A stretch of 64,000 bases of DNA from Basidiobolus meristosporus CBS 931.73 (GCA_002104905.1 MCFE01000500.1:1-64000), one strand, 5' to 3'; numbered from the stretch's first letter, positions 47,711 to 62,397 are shown. Numbers and translations are program-made. Notes: generated from the letters alone by a model not told the origin.

Positions 47711-50700
47711 TGTTATGATCTACCACTTGAATGTTTAAGTTAGATCAGTTTTTGTCAAATCAATTGGTTTTATCTTTAGCCTATCAGTATATCAGTGTTA
47801 TCTATCAATTGGGTAGTATTAGTCAGCAGCTGAATCAGTAGACTCTTATCACACAGAAATATATATATCAAGTAGAATCTGATTGGGTCATGAATATGTA
47901 ACAAAATGAATCATCTGCCGCAACATACATCAGGGAATACAGTTAGTCAGCAATTGATCTGGCAAAATACACACAGGGAGCTCCTGGAACCTCAATAGAA
48001 ATTGGTTTAAGTTTAAGTAATCACAATTTCAGCTAAGCTCTCTATTTGTCTACAGCTTTTATATTATGACTTGTAACATTGGTAGCAGCACTAACTAGAA
48101 ACCTCCTCCAGAAGAAAGAAGAAGCCTCCTGCAAGATATCAGAAAATCAACAATAGATGAATGCTATGCAGCAAATCTTGGCCCAGCAGCAACAGCTACT
48201 GGGATGAGTATTTGTTGGAAATTCAGGATGCTTTTGAGCGTGCACAACAGCTAACACTACAAAGAGGGAAGGTGGAGACTCTCAGCCAGAAAGGAATGGT
48301 TCAAGAGTGCCTCTATGCATATAGAAGTTTACTTGAAAGAATTGACCACCTGAGTCAAGTTGAATAAATTTTTGATGGGTTAAATGAAAGAACTTGCACA
48401 GAAGAATATTATCTAATACTTCAGACTATTGAAGCAGCTATCATGATTGCTATTAACTGTTACTCATCTATATTTGGAGTTGGGAAGCCCACAATGACTA
48501 ATTAGAGAATCTATAATCACTATGAAAGAAGACAATCAGATGCAGTGCAAATGGAAATAGATGCTATGCAGAAGAATCCCACCTCAGCAGAATGTAAGAA
48601 AAAAGGACTTTGCTTCAATTGCAACCAGCAGGCACATATTGCAAAGCACTGTTCTCAGAGAAGAACAAGATTCCAGTCAACATTAACATCCAGCCATATT
48701 GGGGCCCTCAAACACAAACTTGAAGAGGACTCTGAACTCACCTTGCATATGACAGAATAACACCCATTCTGGATGACCTCAAACTGAGGAGAGCTATAAT
48801 ATCTGAATGGAGTAATCAATGGAGCCCCTGCCAAGATCATAATTGACTCAGGAGTATTGGATAAATACATGTCAGAGCAAGTTGCCTTGAAAGCTGGAAT
48901 CAACATGGAGACCACCAAATCTGTAGAGCACTTAGAATGATAGCAAGATGTTCCTCTATGGCTGTACTACAAGAGGATTCCTCTACTCCAGTACCCCCAA
49001 AGGTCCAGACTATTTTTAAAGGAATAGTCAGATGTGTTTCCAGATGAATTTAGAAGCCAACTACCAGTCAGAGAGGTGGATCATGCCATTAACACAGGAG
49101 ATAGCCCTCCAGTGAGCAAAACACCCTTCAGATTGAGTCCATTGGAGTTGGAAGAGATGAAAAGATAAATAGATCAGTTATTGGAGCAAGCATATATCAG
49201 ACCCTGCAAGTCACCATGGGGAACACCAGCACTTTTTGTGAAAAAGAAGGATGGAACACTTAGAATGTGCATTGACTACAGAGCCCTCCACACAGATTCC
49301 TTGAAAAATATGTACCCATACCTGAGATTGATGAGCTTTTGGACTAACTCAATGGAGCCACTATGTTTTCCAAGATTGACATCATGTCAGGATACCATCA
49401 GACTAGGGTAATACCAGATGATATCCTTAAGACAGCATTCAGGACCAGATATGGACACTGGGAGCACCCAGCCATGAGTTTTGGCTTAATCAATGCCCCT
49501 GCAACATTCACGACCTTGATGCAAACAGTCTTCCAGGAGTACTAAGACAAGTTTGCTGTAAACTACCTAGACAACATATTGATATACAGCAAGTCCAAAG
49601 AGGAACACTTGGAGTATATTGAAAAGGGCTTGAAGAAGCCAAGAGAGAACAAGCTGTAGAGCAAGCTAGCAAAGTGTGAATTCTTGAAGGAACATGCTAA
49701 TACCTGGGACACATAGTGACTAGCACAGGAGTGACCATAGACCCCAAAAAGACTGAAGTCATCAAGAATTTGAAGCTGCCTTGTAGCACATTGGAACTCA
49801 GATCATTCCTTAGAGTTGTTTCCTATTATTGGAGATGTGTCAAGTCCCTGGCAAGTATTGCAGCCCCTTTAACTAATATTTTCTGTAATGATAACACCTT
49901 GAAGTGGGACATAGCCTCTAAGTCTGCCTTTCAGATTCTCAACAATGAACTTGCTAAGCTACCAAGCTTTAGAATCCCAAACTTTATAAAAGAGTTTACT
50001 CTATGCACAGATGCCTTAGACTATGCAATTAGTGGAGTACAGAGCCAAGAACATGAGTGAAAGAACTATCCAGTTGCTTTTGAGTCCAAAAGATTGAACT
50101 TAGCAGAACAAAACTATTCAGTGAATAAGAAAGAGATATTTGCAATTATACACTGCTTGAAGACCTGAAAATGCTTCATTGAAGGAATTTAGTGTACTGT
50201 GAAGACTGATCATGCCTCACTCAAGTATATATCTACTCAGAAGTTATTTCCAGAAGAATGACAAGATGGGGTGATGACATTCAGGAATTTGACTTGGAGA
50301 TTGTTTACTGGCCTGCAAAAGACAATATGGTTGCTGGTGCCATATCAAGACTAGAACAAGTTGCAAAACTCAACTTGGTGCATGAGTGAGATTAGCCTAG
50401 CTAATACCAAAGTAATTGGAGGACCAAGCCATTCCTAAAGAGGTAGATGAAGAGATCAAGAAGATAGCTTGGGATGAAGTCAGCTGATTTGTGGTACAGG
50501 ATGAACACTCTACCCAATGGCTGATGGATGCCTCATTGCCTACTCCATTATGTTACCTGCCTGAATTTGATGCATAAGTTACACAATGGATATGAACATC
50601 TGGGAATTGAAGGAACCTGTAGCCTTGTGAAAGTCAGATCATAGTGGCCAAGTATGAAACAAGACGTTGGGAAACTAGTGAAAACATGCCCAAGTTGCCA

Positions 50701-52020
50701 AGTGTAACTAGGATAATCTCAGAGAATTGCTGGACTCTCTCCCCTGGAGCCTGTTAGACCATTTGAGAGATGAACAATTGACTTAATTGGAAGACTGCCA
50801 ACCACCAAGAAATGCAACTATTGGATCCTAGTTGCAATTGGCCATGCCACCAGATGGCCAGTGGCTAGTGCTGTACCAGTAGTTAGTGAACAAGAAGTTG
50901 CAAGCTTCATCCACCCAGAGATCCTAACAGAGCTTGGATGCCATGTGAAAATCTTTTCTGATAGAGGAGCAAGCTTTGTGATATAGTTATTAGAAGCTCA
51001 TCTGGAAATGCAGCAGTTCAAACATGTAAGATCTTAGCAGAATACCCTAGAACTAATGAAGTCACTGAGCAGCTTAAAGGATTATTTGGAAAAATGCTGA
51101 CCAAGTATGCAAATGGAGCTCTAAGTAGATGGGATGAGTATATCAACCAAGCACTGTTGGCCTGCAGTGTTAGGGTACATAACATTACTTAACATTTACT
51201 ATTTTACTTAGTGTATGGATGTGAACCAAGGATTCCAAGAGATCTCACACAGGCATAACTAACTGACAGCTTGGAGGATGAACTCAGTCAGCCTAGTATA
51301 CACCAACAACTGGAACAAAAATATCAGGAGACACAGGCCAAATTCTCCAAAAGTGCAGCAAAGATGAAGCAGAGATTTTATAAGACTATATCCCCAGAGG
51401 CTTGAGCAGTCTGAGCTTTTTATCACTAAAATAAAATACTTGGAAGATGTTTGGGCCACAATGGACTGGACCACTCAAGGTTAGCAGATAATGTGCATTT
51501 ACAGCTCACTAATTAACAGACTAGCAAGGAAATATCCAAGATGATCTAGTTTACAGTTACAGACTCCAGCTTGCAAGACTTGATGATAATGCTGAACCAT
51601 CAAGATGCTGGTATCACAAGAGAAGAGATTCAGGAGCATCAGTAGGGAAGATTGCTATGATTTGACCCCTGAGTGTCCATGTTAAATCAGCTTTGGCTCA
51701 AATCAATTAGTTTGTATTTATCCTATTAGTATGTCAGTTCTATCTGTCACATCAGTAGTACTGGTCAGCAGATGAATCAGCTGATTGTTATCTAATAGAA
51801 ACAAATATATTCAGTAAGATCTAATTGGGCAATGAGGATGCAACCAACTGAGTTATCAGTCACAAACTGCATTAGAAAACACAATTAGTAAGCAATTGTT
51901 TGATCAGAATGTTAAGAAGGAGCTGCAGGAACCTTAGTAAAAATCAGTTCAAGTCTTAGTGAACACATTACTAGCTTACCCCCCCCAATTCCTCTACAAC
52001 TCTTATATCAAGACATAAAA
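47711..52020 (+). mobile_element. Near-complete degenerate Gypsy element G3 (LTRs 47711-48078 and ~51653-52020; gag, PR, RT, RNase H, integrase)
   Basis: [66 protein letters not shown], integrase remnants, many stops. The flanks do not form a TSD. Confidence 0.88.
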
Positions 52021-53042
52021 GGTCCTCTTCACAGTCATTGGTCTTCATTCTGACTGGCTGAGAAATACAGTTGCTTATGTGAGAGTTCCCATCAGCTGTT
52101 GAAACTGAAGTGATTGGTAGGTTTCAAGTTGATACCAGCTTTCAAAGCAAGTTGCTCTGACATATACTCATGCAATGCTCCTGAGTCAATCATGATCTTG
52201 GCAGGTACCCATTGCTGAGTTATAGATAAATGCTCAAATCTATCTCAAGTTTTCAACACAAGTATGTTGCAGGTAGAGATTGTAGAGCTGCCATCATAGT
52301 GGTGGACCTAATCTGGTTGTGGTACCACTGTAAAGCTGCAGCTGCCAAGTAAGAAGCATCAAAATGTAACTTGCTTTCTGGGGCAATTTCATGAGCCTTA
52401 AAAGCTTCTTCAGTTTGACAGAGCTAAATTCCGTGGTTTTCATTGACTCTACCATGCTAACAGTTGAACTGAACACAAAAGTTGCTCTTGACAGGGCTTT
52501 GCTGGTTGTGAGCTATGGTAGTCACTCCTTATTGTTGTTGGCAGAGGATCTGGAGTAGCTGTACTGTTGAATTAGAGTTTGCAGCATAGTATTCTTCCAT
52601 TCCTGGCTTTCCAACATCTTGAGAGAGGCTTTGTCTTTCTTCAGGAGGGAGGTTTCTGGTTATTGCTGCTACCAATGTTACAAGTCTTGTTATAAAGGTT
52701 AGAGAGGAATAGGGAGCTTAGCAAGTATTGTATTCACTAAAGCTTGAACTGCTCTTGATTGAAGTTCCAGCAGCTCCTTTTATACATTAGACCAGAGCAA
52801 TTGCTCACTAATTATATTTCTCAATGTAGGTTGTAGATGGAGACTTACTTAAATGCATCATCCTGACCCATTTAGAGCTTATTTGATGTATCTATATCAG
52901 TCTGAGAAGTCTGTACTTATTCATCTGTTGACTAATACCAGCAATCTGATAGATAGTACTGAGATGCAGTTAGGCTGAGCACAAAATAAATTGATTTGAC
53001 TAAAACTGATCTATTCAGTGATTCAAGCATCAGATCACAACA
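52021..53042 (-). mobile_element. Truncated Gypsy G4 (5' LTR 52676-53042, PBS, deleted gag/PR)
   Basis: Reverse LTR D followed by TTGGTAGCAGCAATA and gag/PR remnants. Confidence 0.78.
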
Positions 53043-53156
53043 GCACAACAGAGTGCCAAAAGATATAGCCAACTGAAAGACCTATCACTACATGCAATAG
53101 AAGAACTATGATATCTGAATCAACACCTCAGTGTTGCAATTCCTGGTGATAGTCAG

Positions 53157-55262
53157 TGTTGCTGTACAGTTAGTTTGCTATATCTGATAAAAGCCCATTG
53201 CTGTTAGAATACTGGACTATATACTGTGTTAAAGCAGCTAAAGGCTTACTTAATCATCTGGAGCTTGCCTCAGTCACTGTAGGACTCAAATACAGTACTA
53301 AGGTTGCCACTACCATCCAGATCTATGATACTAAGAATATACACCAAAAATCAAGATCAAATTAGACTTTTACCAAACATTATGTATCAACCCGGAAACT
53401 GGTACAGAATACTTCTGACTGTTGAGAAGCTCTAACTTGGAGTTACAGTTGTATTACCTCTATAAGAAAATAAACTCTGAGCCTTCACTGAATTAACAAT
53501 AGCTTAGCAATTTTCACCATTGGTTAAAAAGTGCTCACTATCCAAAACACTTCTCAAGTTGCAACAAGTTGTGTGCCCAAAAACCTTAATATGCTCAAAC
53601 AATGACTTCTGCCAGCACACATTACAATCAACAGCTTTTTAAACAATGTGCAATTGGTTTCAAATCCTCCCATAATTGCTTATGGCTATGCTTGATATAA
53701 TAACCAGCCTTTTTTTCTATTTATTCATGAGCTTAATCCTTGGTGTTATGTCAATCTTTCTCTTGCTAAAGCTAATGACATCTGCCAATATCACAGCCAT
53801 TCTTACTTTAATGTCCAAGAAGCTTTTATGCCAACATCTCTTGCCATTGAAAATGAAAAATTGCTTATTAAAATTACTTCTGCAAGCTATTTGCACATGA
53901 AAGAATTTGCTCAACAGGCTACCCCATTTTTATGTTATATTTATGAGTTTGAGTATATTACAATTTTGACATCCTAAACATGCATTGTCCCTGTAAAGGA
54001 GAGATTAGATGGGAGGAACTACAAACTTTGGAGTGTCATTATGTAGATGCACATTGAGGAAAGAAAGCTTTGGTATATAGTGACAGAAAAGGAAGTAGAG
54101 TCAAAGAAACATCTAAAGAAGTTGAAATGTCATAAGAAAAGGATATAAATGCCTTCATCACTATGTGTATCTATATGCAAGATTCCTTCATTGGACAAAT
54201 TTGTGCTTCTGATATTGCCCAAACAGTATGGGAGCCCTTGGAGAAGATTATATTTGTGAAGATGGTTCTTCAACATTGCAAAGAAGCTGCAGGATGACAT
54301 ACTCAAACTCATTACCTGAATAGCATCACTTGTAGAAAAATTATATATTATCAATGCTGCTGTTGATATAAACAAGTGTAAACACTACTCCTGTAGGAAA
54401 AACTTATCTGGGAGACAACTCTGCACTAGAAGCGACTACCTGTGGGCCCATACTTCTAAATATAACTGCCCAGGGACTTAAATTTGTTTTTACTATGCTC
54501 AGTTGCACAATTATGAGTGATATTGCACAAAAATTAGCTTTGTGAAATAAAGATCACAGCATATATAAGTTGCAGTACAAGATTACTGAGTCTGAGTGTG
54601 TAAACATTGCTGAAGCAGATGAAACTACCTTGGGATCATGGAGTAGGAGGCCAGGACACATTGAGGAGCACAAAATGTGCTTCTGAGTGAAAAATTAACT
54701 TGTTTTAGGCCTCAATTGCTCAATTCCAACCTGGCTGCGTCTTTATAGGAGATCTTTATATTGAAAACAAGCTAGGCATTGGTTCAACATCTCAGGAGGC
54801 ATTAATATCACCAAGATACTTGTTATTGTTCACTCAAACATATGTGGGCAATAAGAACTCTGTCCTTTGGAACATAGCGATGTTATGTCTTTATTGATGG
54901 AAAGACAAGATATACACAGGTGTAATTCCTAAAGACAAAGAATGAGGCTGTAGAGACCTTAATGCTCTTCAGGAAAATGGCAAAACACAAACTGGTTCAG
55001 GTCAAAGGTACCTCAAAGTGACAATAAAGGAGCATACTTTTCTTAGGAATTTGCAATGTGCTGCTCTACTACTGGTGTACTCCTACTCACTGCTGTTCAA
55101 TATACTCCACAGCAGGTTGGAGTGGCTGAACATCAAATCAAATGATGGTAGACATGAGAAGATGTATGCTACGTGATAAGGGAATGGACCACTCATTCTG
55201 GACTGAATTGGTTGTTACCAAAGTATGCATTAGGAATAGATGTCAAACATCATGACCACATA
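53157..55262 (+). mobile_element. Copia relic (LTR ending 53566, gag near 53990, integrase remnant 54820-55250)
   Basis: LTR end TTGCAACA plus PBS-like AGTTGTGTGCCC; ERLDGRNYKLW; VHSNICG...FIDGKTRYT. The left boundary is approximate. Confidence 0.65.
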
Positions 55263-58200
55263 CCTTATGAAGATAATCTAGTCCCATGGGTGGATAAAAT
55301 CCAGATCATCTATGAAGATCCCTTCAGGAGGCCACTATAATACCAGCAGCTTGGAATTGATGACCATCTACACAATCTTGTGACTAAATCACAACAGTGT
55401 TTTGCTAATTCTACCGCTAAATAAAGTTGCTAAAATACCACAGTGCTTGTACAGTGTTTTGCCAAGGATGGCATGGCATTGCTATGGTCTTAGTGCACTT
55501 TACAACTACTGGAGTGGATCTAACCAGCCAGTAAATTCAATTGCCTTATATGGCATAAATCTTAACAGCGTTTGATGGCCTCCTTGCAAGCCTCGGATGG
55601 CATTGTCATGGCAGTATGGCAGCCTATAGCTAGCTCATTATAATTCCACAGTGCCAATTTACCAAATGGTATTTTTTTCTACCTGCCGTATTATAGTCCC
55701 CTTTATAGGTGCATTCTGGCTCTTGTTTGTGCAAATTTTGTATTGAATGTTGTAGAACTTGGCTTGTGAACAAGAGAAATCCAGCATACCTTGATAGAGT
55801 TTTCCTAATAAGAATTAGTTGCTTGTTGCACCCAACCCAGCTTTGTATTACTAAAGTGATTACACACACATTAAGGCTGCTTGCTTCTTAATGCCATAGG
55901 CATAGTTGTCTCCATGCAAACATTTGTCCTCAGTATTTTTCAACTCTTCCTGGCTCTCCCCCATGTGCCAACTCATTGCATCTATGACAGACTTTAAGGT
56001 AATATTCTTGATGAGATTGGGATAAGGTAGTACCTGCAACTTGATTTGTCTTTGTATCTCCCCAAACATCCACTCAATAGAAAACTTTCAAAAGGTGAAT
56101 CAAGGTCCAATATTCTTAACACATCAAGCCCAATGGAGTAGCAAATAGATATATTAGCAGCAGAGATCTACACATTCAGCTTTATGTTTGTAGTATGATG
56201 CTCAAATCCAGTCACAAGCACTTTGCACAGCAGCTGTGTATGCATCAAGTTGGCTTTGGTGATCTGCTTCTAAATAAATATTCCTACAGTGTCCACATAT
56301 GACTTCCAATGCTTCCAATGCACTCTGGGTAGAAATGGCTTCAGAAGGCAACTATAATGTATGCATAACCAGTTCATCCAGTCCTTGAACTTGTATTGTT
56401 GAATATGTGTATGAATGTTGATTGGAGCCCGTGAGAAGTACTTAGGGTAGCAGAAATTCTGTAATATCTCTCCAATTCTTTAAATTTCTCCAGTATCTCA
56501 AGGGGCGCATTTAGCTTGAAATGCCCCATGTCCAGCTAGGTCATCAGTATAGCAATATTGTTGAAAAACAAATGCACCGCTGCAAGTGGGAAGCTATTGG
56601 TCCATCCAATACCTCTTATATTCAATATCTCAGGCTTTCAATTGTTATGATCTGCCACTTGAATGCTTAAGTTAGATCAGTTTTTGGTCATATCAATTAG
56701 TTAAATGTTTAGCTTATCAGTAAAGCAGTATTATCTATCAAATCAGCAGCATTAGTCAGCAAATGAATCAGCAGATCCTTATCAGACAGAAATAGTTATG
56801 TTAAGTAGGATCTTATTGGGTGATGATGATGCAATCAAAAGAGTCATCAGCCGCAGCCTACATTAGGAAATACATCTAGTCAGCAATTGATCTGGCAAAA
56901 TGTATATACAGAGCTGCTGGAGCCTCAATAAAGATCAGTTCAAGTTTTAGTAAATACAATACTAGCTAAACTCCCTATTCCTCTACAACTATAATACTAA
57001 GACTTGTAACACAGTTAATCTTGTATTCTGGCCAATAGCTTATAGCTTGCAAACCTTGCCGCAATTACATACCAACTACTGTACATTCTCTCTGTGGAAA
57101 GATGCTGATCTTAGTGCTGGTGTTTGGTTACTAATAATATGTGCTTTTATATGACAGCCATTATTGGTATCCTGCTGCAAAGCATACAAAATACATCCAG
57201 CAATGGATACAGGTAGCTATCCATGTTAGAAAGTGATTTAGGTCCAGATACCAGTGAGACTAGCATGGGATTTTGGCCCTGATACAGTAAGATGTGCAGC
57301 AGATTCAGATTGGTGAGAACCAGTGGCCTGCGGGATTTGCTGGTGGAGTACTTGTCTAATAAGAATTCATCAGGTGCTAAGGCAAAGGCATAGTCATACA
57401 TACCTTCATAGTAGCCCTTGCTTCTTAGATGTTTGCAATGTTTGCCATCAAATATATCTCAAATGTTTGCACTTTATTAATACTATGTTTGTTACTTTGT
57501 ACTTAGCAATTTCCTTTTATACCAAGTACATGGTAAGTGGCATCCCAGGATGATTTTGGCAAGAAGTAGTGGTAAATCCCCAAAGCCTCCATTACTGATA
57601 TTAGTGGAAACATGCCACTTCTCTAGCCACAGCATCACATCATCCATCAGTAGATGGATTACTGGGCTCACTTGACTCCATCTGTGTTGTCTCATTGCAT
57701 ATTGGGATTTTTTCAGGCTCATGCAGGGTCTGTTGTTAAGGAAGATAGGCTCACATTCCATCAATGAGCCTGCTTCTTCAAAGCTATGACTCAGCATGCC
57801 ATATTCAGTAGGCTGGGGTGAGCCTAAAGGCATCACAAGCTCTCCTGACTCAGTTTGCGCATGGTGCCAAATACAGCCAGATGCTGTTGTAGAGGTGTCA
57901 AGTGGCTGGCAAGATATTGTAGGTACAGTGGTGAATGGTGAATGGTCAAATATGACTAATGTAGCAAAACGCTGGCTGTGATCCTTGTAACACTTCCTAT
58001 GCTGTTTGCATGCTTCATGGCTGAGATGTTTGCTACAATTGCCACATGGACTTTTCTCTCTTCTCTTACAGTGTTGAATTAAAGTAGGCTTGTCCATGGG
58101 CAAACAGCTTGACACTCAGCAATGTAATGCTATTACATTACTTTTTGTCAATATCATATAAATTCAAGACAGTCTTCTACTTGAGACACTGCACCTACAT

Positions 58201-59058
58201 GAATGTAGGATTCTGTGAAGGCCTGCCATAGTATGCATTATAAATAGAGTTGTGGCACCACATACACACATATTTATAACACCATTTCCCCCTTGGTTTG
58301 ACTCACTTCTATATATGTGCCAAAATAAATAAAGCAAAGTTGTCTGGTTCCTAATTACATTCCATAACTGACAGCAGCAGAAGAACAGCTGGACAACAGC
58401 TTGCTTTGACATTCAGTGCAGCAAGCAGGGCTGCAGACAAAAAAGGCCCTGTGGACAGTGTGCCCACTGTAGCAAATGATGTGGACTCTTCAGGCTCTCA
58501 GTCAAATAGGCAATTGGGAATCTCTGCAGAGCCACAAGCAGACCACATTATTATAGTGGTGGAAGATGTAGCAAAAGCAGTACCTTCAGTTGAAGACCAG
58601 AAAGTGGCTGTCATAACATCACCACCTGTATTAGCAAGTCTCTTTTCCTGTGATATCAATATCTTGATGGTTCAGTATTATCAGCAAGTCTTGCAAGCTT
58701 GAGTCTGTCCCTAGCAAAACATAGATCCCAACTGTCAAAGCTTCTGGTCCCATAGTCTTATGTTGTCAGCTTATACCAAGCATTAATGAGGCAATTAGGT
58801 TCAGTGGCTGATAGGATAAATGCAATGGCCCAGAGAAATCAGCAAATAGTCCAGAAGCAGCATGAGTGGATAAAAGATATAGAGCAATCAATATCCAAGG
58901 TAGAGCAAGCAGTATCTTTGCTGCAAAGAAGGAACTCAAGTAGCTGAATGTCTAAGTCAAGAATTGGGCCATTGCCCAATGTAACAGTCAAGCATGCCAA
59001 CACCTTAAGGCTAGTAAACCATGAGACCATCAATAACTCAAGGCCTAGCAGAATGCAC
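55263..59058 (-). mobile_element. CACTA copy (right TIR, transposase remnant, start of ORF-A), left end missing
   Basis: CCTTATGAAGATAAT at 55263; ORFs 57492-58115(-) and 58406-58702(+). Confidence 0.82.
56643..57011 (+). mobile_element. Solo Gypsy LTR family D (369 bp)
   Basis: TGTTATGATC...CTTGTAACA; flanks CAAT/CAGT (4-bp TSD with one mismatch). Confidence 0.88.
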
Positions 59059-60450
59059 TGTTGCAATTCAAGAAGTGATTTGGATATAATGAACCTATCA
59101 AATTATAGTGACAGTAGTTGAACTGTTGTTTATTCATAAAGAGTATAAATATTTTTCCCCTTGTAGAAGTAATACAGCTGTAACACTGCGTAAGAAGGGT
59201 TTCTCAACATTCAGAAGCATTCTGTAACAACTTCAGGGTTAATACATAATATTTGGTAAAATGTGTTAATTTGATCTTCACTATAGAGGGACAATCATAG
59301 GATCATAGAGGAGAAGAAACTGGCAAAGTTGGGGCTGCAAATTAGTCCTACAGTGGCCAGGACTAGTCTACAATTGTTAAGTAACTTTTAAGCTGCTGAA
59401 TGGTACCAAATAGTCCAATATTTCAACACTCCCCCTCAACCAAATAATTTCTTAATCCTAATTCCTTTCTAAAATTCTCAAATTGTGGTCAAACTACTGA
59501 GTTTGTCAATATATCTGCTACCATTTTGTCAGTTGGACAGTAAACTAACTCTAATAAGGCATTTTTTCAGCTTCCCTCACAAGGTGGTGTTGTATATCAA
59601 TGTGCCTAAATCTGGTATGAATATCAGGATTTCTAGCTATTGAAATACAACTTTGATTATCTTTGTAAGTATATGTTGGTTCATCTGAATTAAAGCCAAA
59701 GTCTTTGAATAATTTCTGTATCCATATGGCTTCCTCAGTGGATTGGCAAGCAGCCATATATTCAGCTTCAGTTGTAGATAGGACCACAGGTGGTTGTGTC
59801 TTGCAATTCCAAGAAATAGCTGCACCAGCATAAAGAAATACATACCCAATGATACAGCATCTGTCAATCAGATCTCTACCCCTCCATTGTCCCTTCAAAG
59901 TATCTTCAGTTTACACTAATTTTGTGTTTCTGCCATGTTCTTGAAGTGTTTAGACATATCTAAAGCCTCATCCTTTGTTTTGAGGAAGTATACCCATGTA
60001 TATCTTGTCTTGTAATCAATAAATGGCATAAAGCAGTGTTCTCATGGGCCCACATATGTCTGCATGTACAATAGCCAATATTTTGGTGATGTTGTTGCCT
60101 CCTGAGCTCCTAAAACATTCCCCAGCCTGTTTGCCATATGAAAATTTTTTACAGATATTCAATTTGATTAGAATTGAGTAAATTAGGCCTAAAACAGGCT
60201 GATTTTCCCCCAGTTGGCTCATTTTCTATTCCCAATGTGTCCTAGCCTTTGATGCATATCTCCCAGTGGTTTCATCAGCTTCAGCAATGTTGGCATACTC
60301 AGTTACAATGATATTGCACTGTATCTGATTATATAGTCATCTCTAATTCCCAAAGCTAATTTTGTCCATTTTCACTCAATATTGAGCAGTTCAACTTAGT
60401 AAAAACAAATTTCAGTCCCTGAGCTGTTGCTTTACTGCCTGAGAGTAGGT
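59059..60450 (-). mobile_element. Copia relic C1 (3' LTR 59059-59428, PPT, RNase H, integrase start)
   Basis: TTGAGGGGGAG|TGTTG junction; AAISWNCKTQPPVVLSTTEAEY...DNQSCI...RHIDIQHH; IVHADICGPM. Confidence 0.88.
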
Positions 60451-60479
60451 TTTTAACTATTTCAGGTACATTGAGTACT

Positions 60480-61800
60480 TTTCCAGTTTTTTCAGCTCCA
60501 TGATCCTGTGATTATTCCCCTATAGCCAGGATTAAATTAACACATTTTACCAAATATTATGTACTGACCCTGAAACTGTTACAGAATGCTCCTGAATGTT
60601 AGGAAATGTTCCTTGCGCAGTGTCCATGCTGTGTTACTTCTAAAAAGGTATAAATACTGATGCTCTTTATGAATAAACAACAGTTCAACTAGTATTACTA
60701 TATCTTGACAAGTTCCTATATCCAAGTCACTTCTTGAATTGCAACAGGCTATAAGCTCTGATTGCCTTAGCCTATTCTAAAGATGACTTCTACCAGCAAA
60801 CAGAATAATACAAACATTATCCCAGTAAAGGAGAGGATTGATGGGAAGACCTACAGACTTTGGAGAATCAAGATGCATTTCCACCTTGAGGAAAGAAAGC
60901 TTTGGAATAGAGTAACAGGAAAAGAAGCTGAGCCTAAAGGTAGAGCAGAAGAAGTGGAGAAGCCTCCAGAGACGGAGAGAAAGGTATTTAATGCTCTATG
61001 TATTAATGTGCAAGATTCCTTCATTGGACAAATCCATGCTGCAAATACTGCCAAAGCAGCATGGGAATTCTTAGTGAAGATCTTTAGAGCAAAGTCAGTT
61101 TCAAACAAGCCTTATCTAAAAAACAAGTTCTTCAACATGAGGAAGAAGCCAGATGATGACTTGCTACAACTCATCACTAGGATGGAGACACTTGCAGTAA
61201 AGCTTTACAGTATTAATGCTGGTCTATATAACTAAATAAGAGTGATATCTCAGTGGCTACAATAGCAAAACTGACTGATGTACTCTATGTATTTTCAATA
61301 GCTAAGAACCTACTCTCAGTCAGTCAAGCAACTGCTCAGGTACTGAAATTTGTTTTTACTAAGCTGAACTGCTTAATATTGAGTGAAAATGGACAAAATT
61401 AGCTTTGGGAATCAGTGATGACAATAAAAACAATTGCAATGCAAGAACATTGTATTGGAGTATGCCTACATTGATGATGCAACTACTGGGAGACATGCAT
61501 AGGGGGCTAGGACACACTGGGAATAGAAGATGAGCCCATTGGGGGAAAATCAGCCTGTTTTAGGCCTAATTTACTCAATTCTAATCAAAATGAATATCTG
61601 TAAGGAATTTTCATATGGCAAACAGGCTAGGCAATGTTTCAGGAGCTGAGGAGGCATCAACACCGCCAAAATATTGGCTATTGTACACTCATACATATGT
61701 GGGCCCATGAGAACACTGCCCTTTGGAGCCAAGAGATAGTTTATCACATTTATTGGTGACAAGACAAGATATACAAAGGTATACTTCCTCAAAACTAAGA
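60480..61800 (+). mobile_element. Copia relic C2 (partial 5' LTR to 60746, PBS-like GGCTATAAGCTC, gag ORF 60783-61235, integrase start)
   Basis: ERIDGKTYRLWRIKMHFHLEERKLW...TAKAAWEFL; the LTR matches C1. Confidence 0.82.
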
Positions 61801-62307
61801 TTGATACTCTATTGCCCAATTGCCAATTAGACTGAGCTATACAAGTCTCTATATATAACACTAACATGAGGTGTAGCCATACACTCAGCAAGTAAATCCA
61901 CCTAAATCCACCATTCAATAAGTATTTCTTGTTGTAAAAACACATAGTTCAACCTTAAGATTGATGTCACTTGCTCACTTAGATTAATAACTACCAGTCT
62001 TAGAGATTGCTGACCAAATTCCTTATTGGGACTTACTTATAATATTTTCACCAAAATATCAGGTATGCAGAACATAACAATTAGATAAGTTGTCCAAGTA
62101 CCCCATGCTTTGCACACATGCTCCTGGGACCTTCCTAAGCCTATTTATGTGCTTGCCATGCTAAGACCTTGCAACAGAATACAAACTGCTGTTACACTCA
62201 ATAGTTCATTAAGTGAAAGCTACATAATCAACTTGTTCTCTGAATCATCTCAAAAGTCCCCAAGACTCTTACAACCAGTTATTAACCCCAAGCTGTTACA
62301 CTCTTTG

Positions 62308-62397
62308 ATGTCTACAGATGCTGTTGCTGGAATATTTCCTTCTGCTGAAAAGTTGGATGGATCTAACTACCAAGTAGGGATGGTGAAGATGCCCTAA
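62308..62397 (+). pseudogene. N-terminus of another Copia gag
   Basis: MSTDAVAGIFPSAEKLDGSNYQVGMVKM resembles the Copia gag KLDGxNYxxW start; short. Confidence 0.45.

Noticed and set aside
53600-53980. AT-rich segment between the Copia PBS and gag with short hydrophobic ORFs
   Set aside because: No motif or boundaries could be supported; left unclassified.
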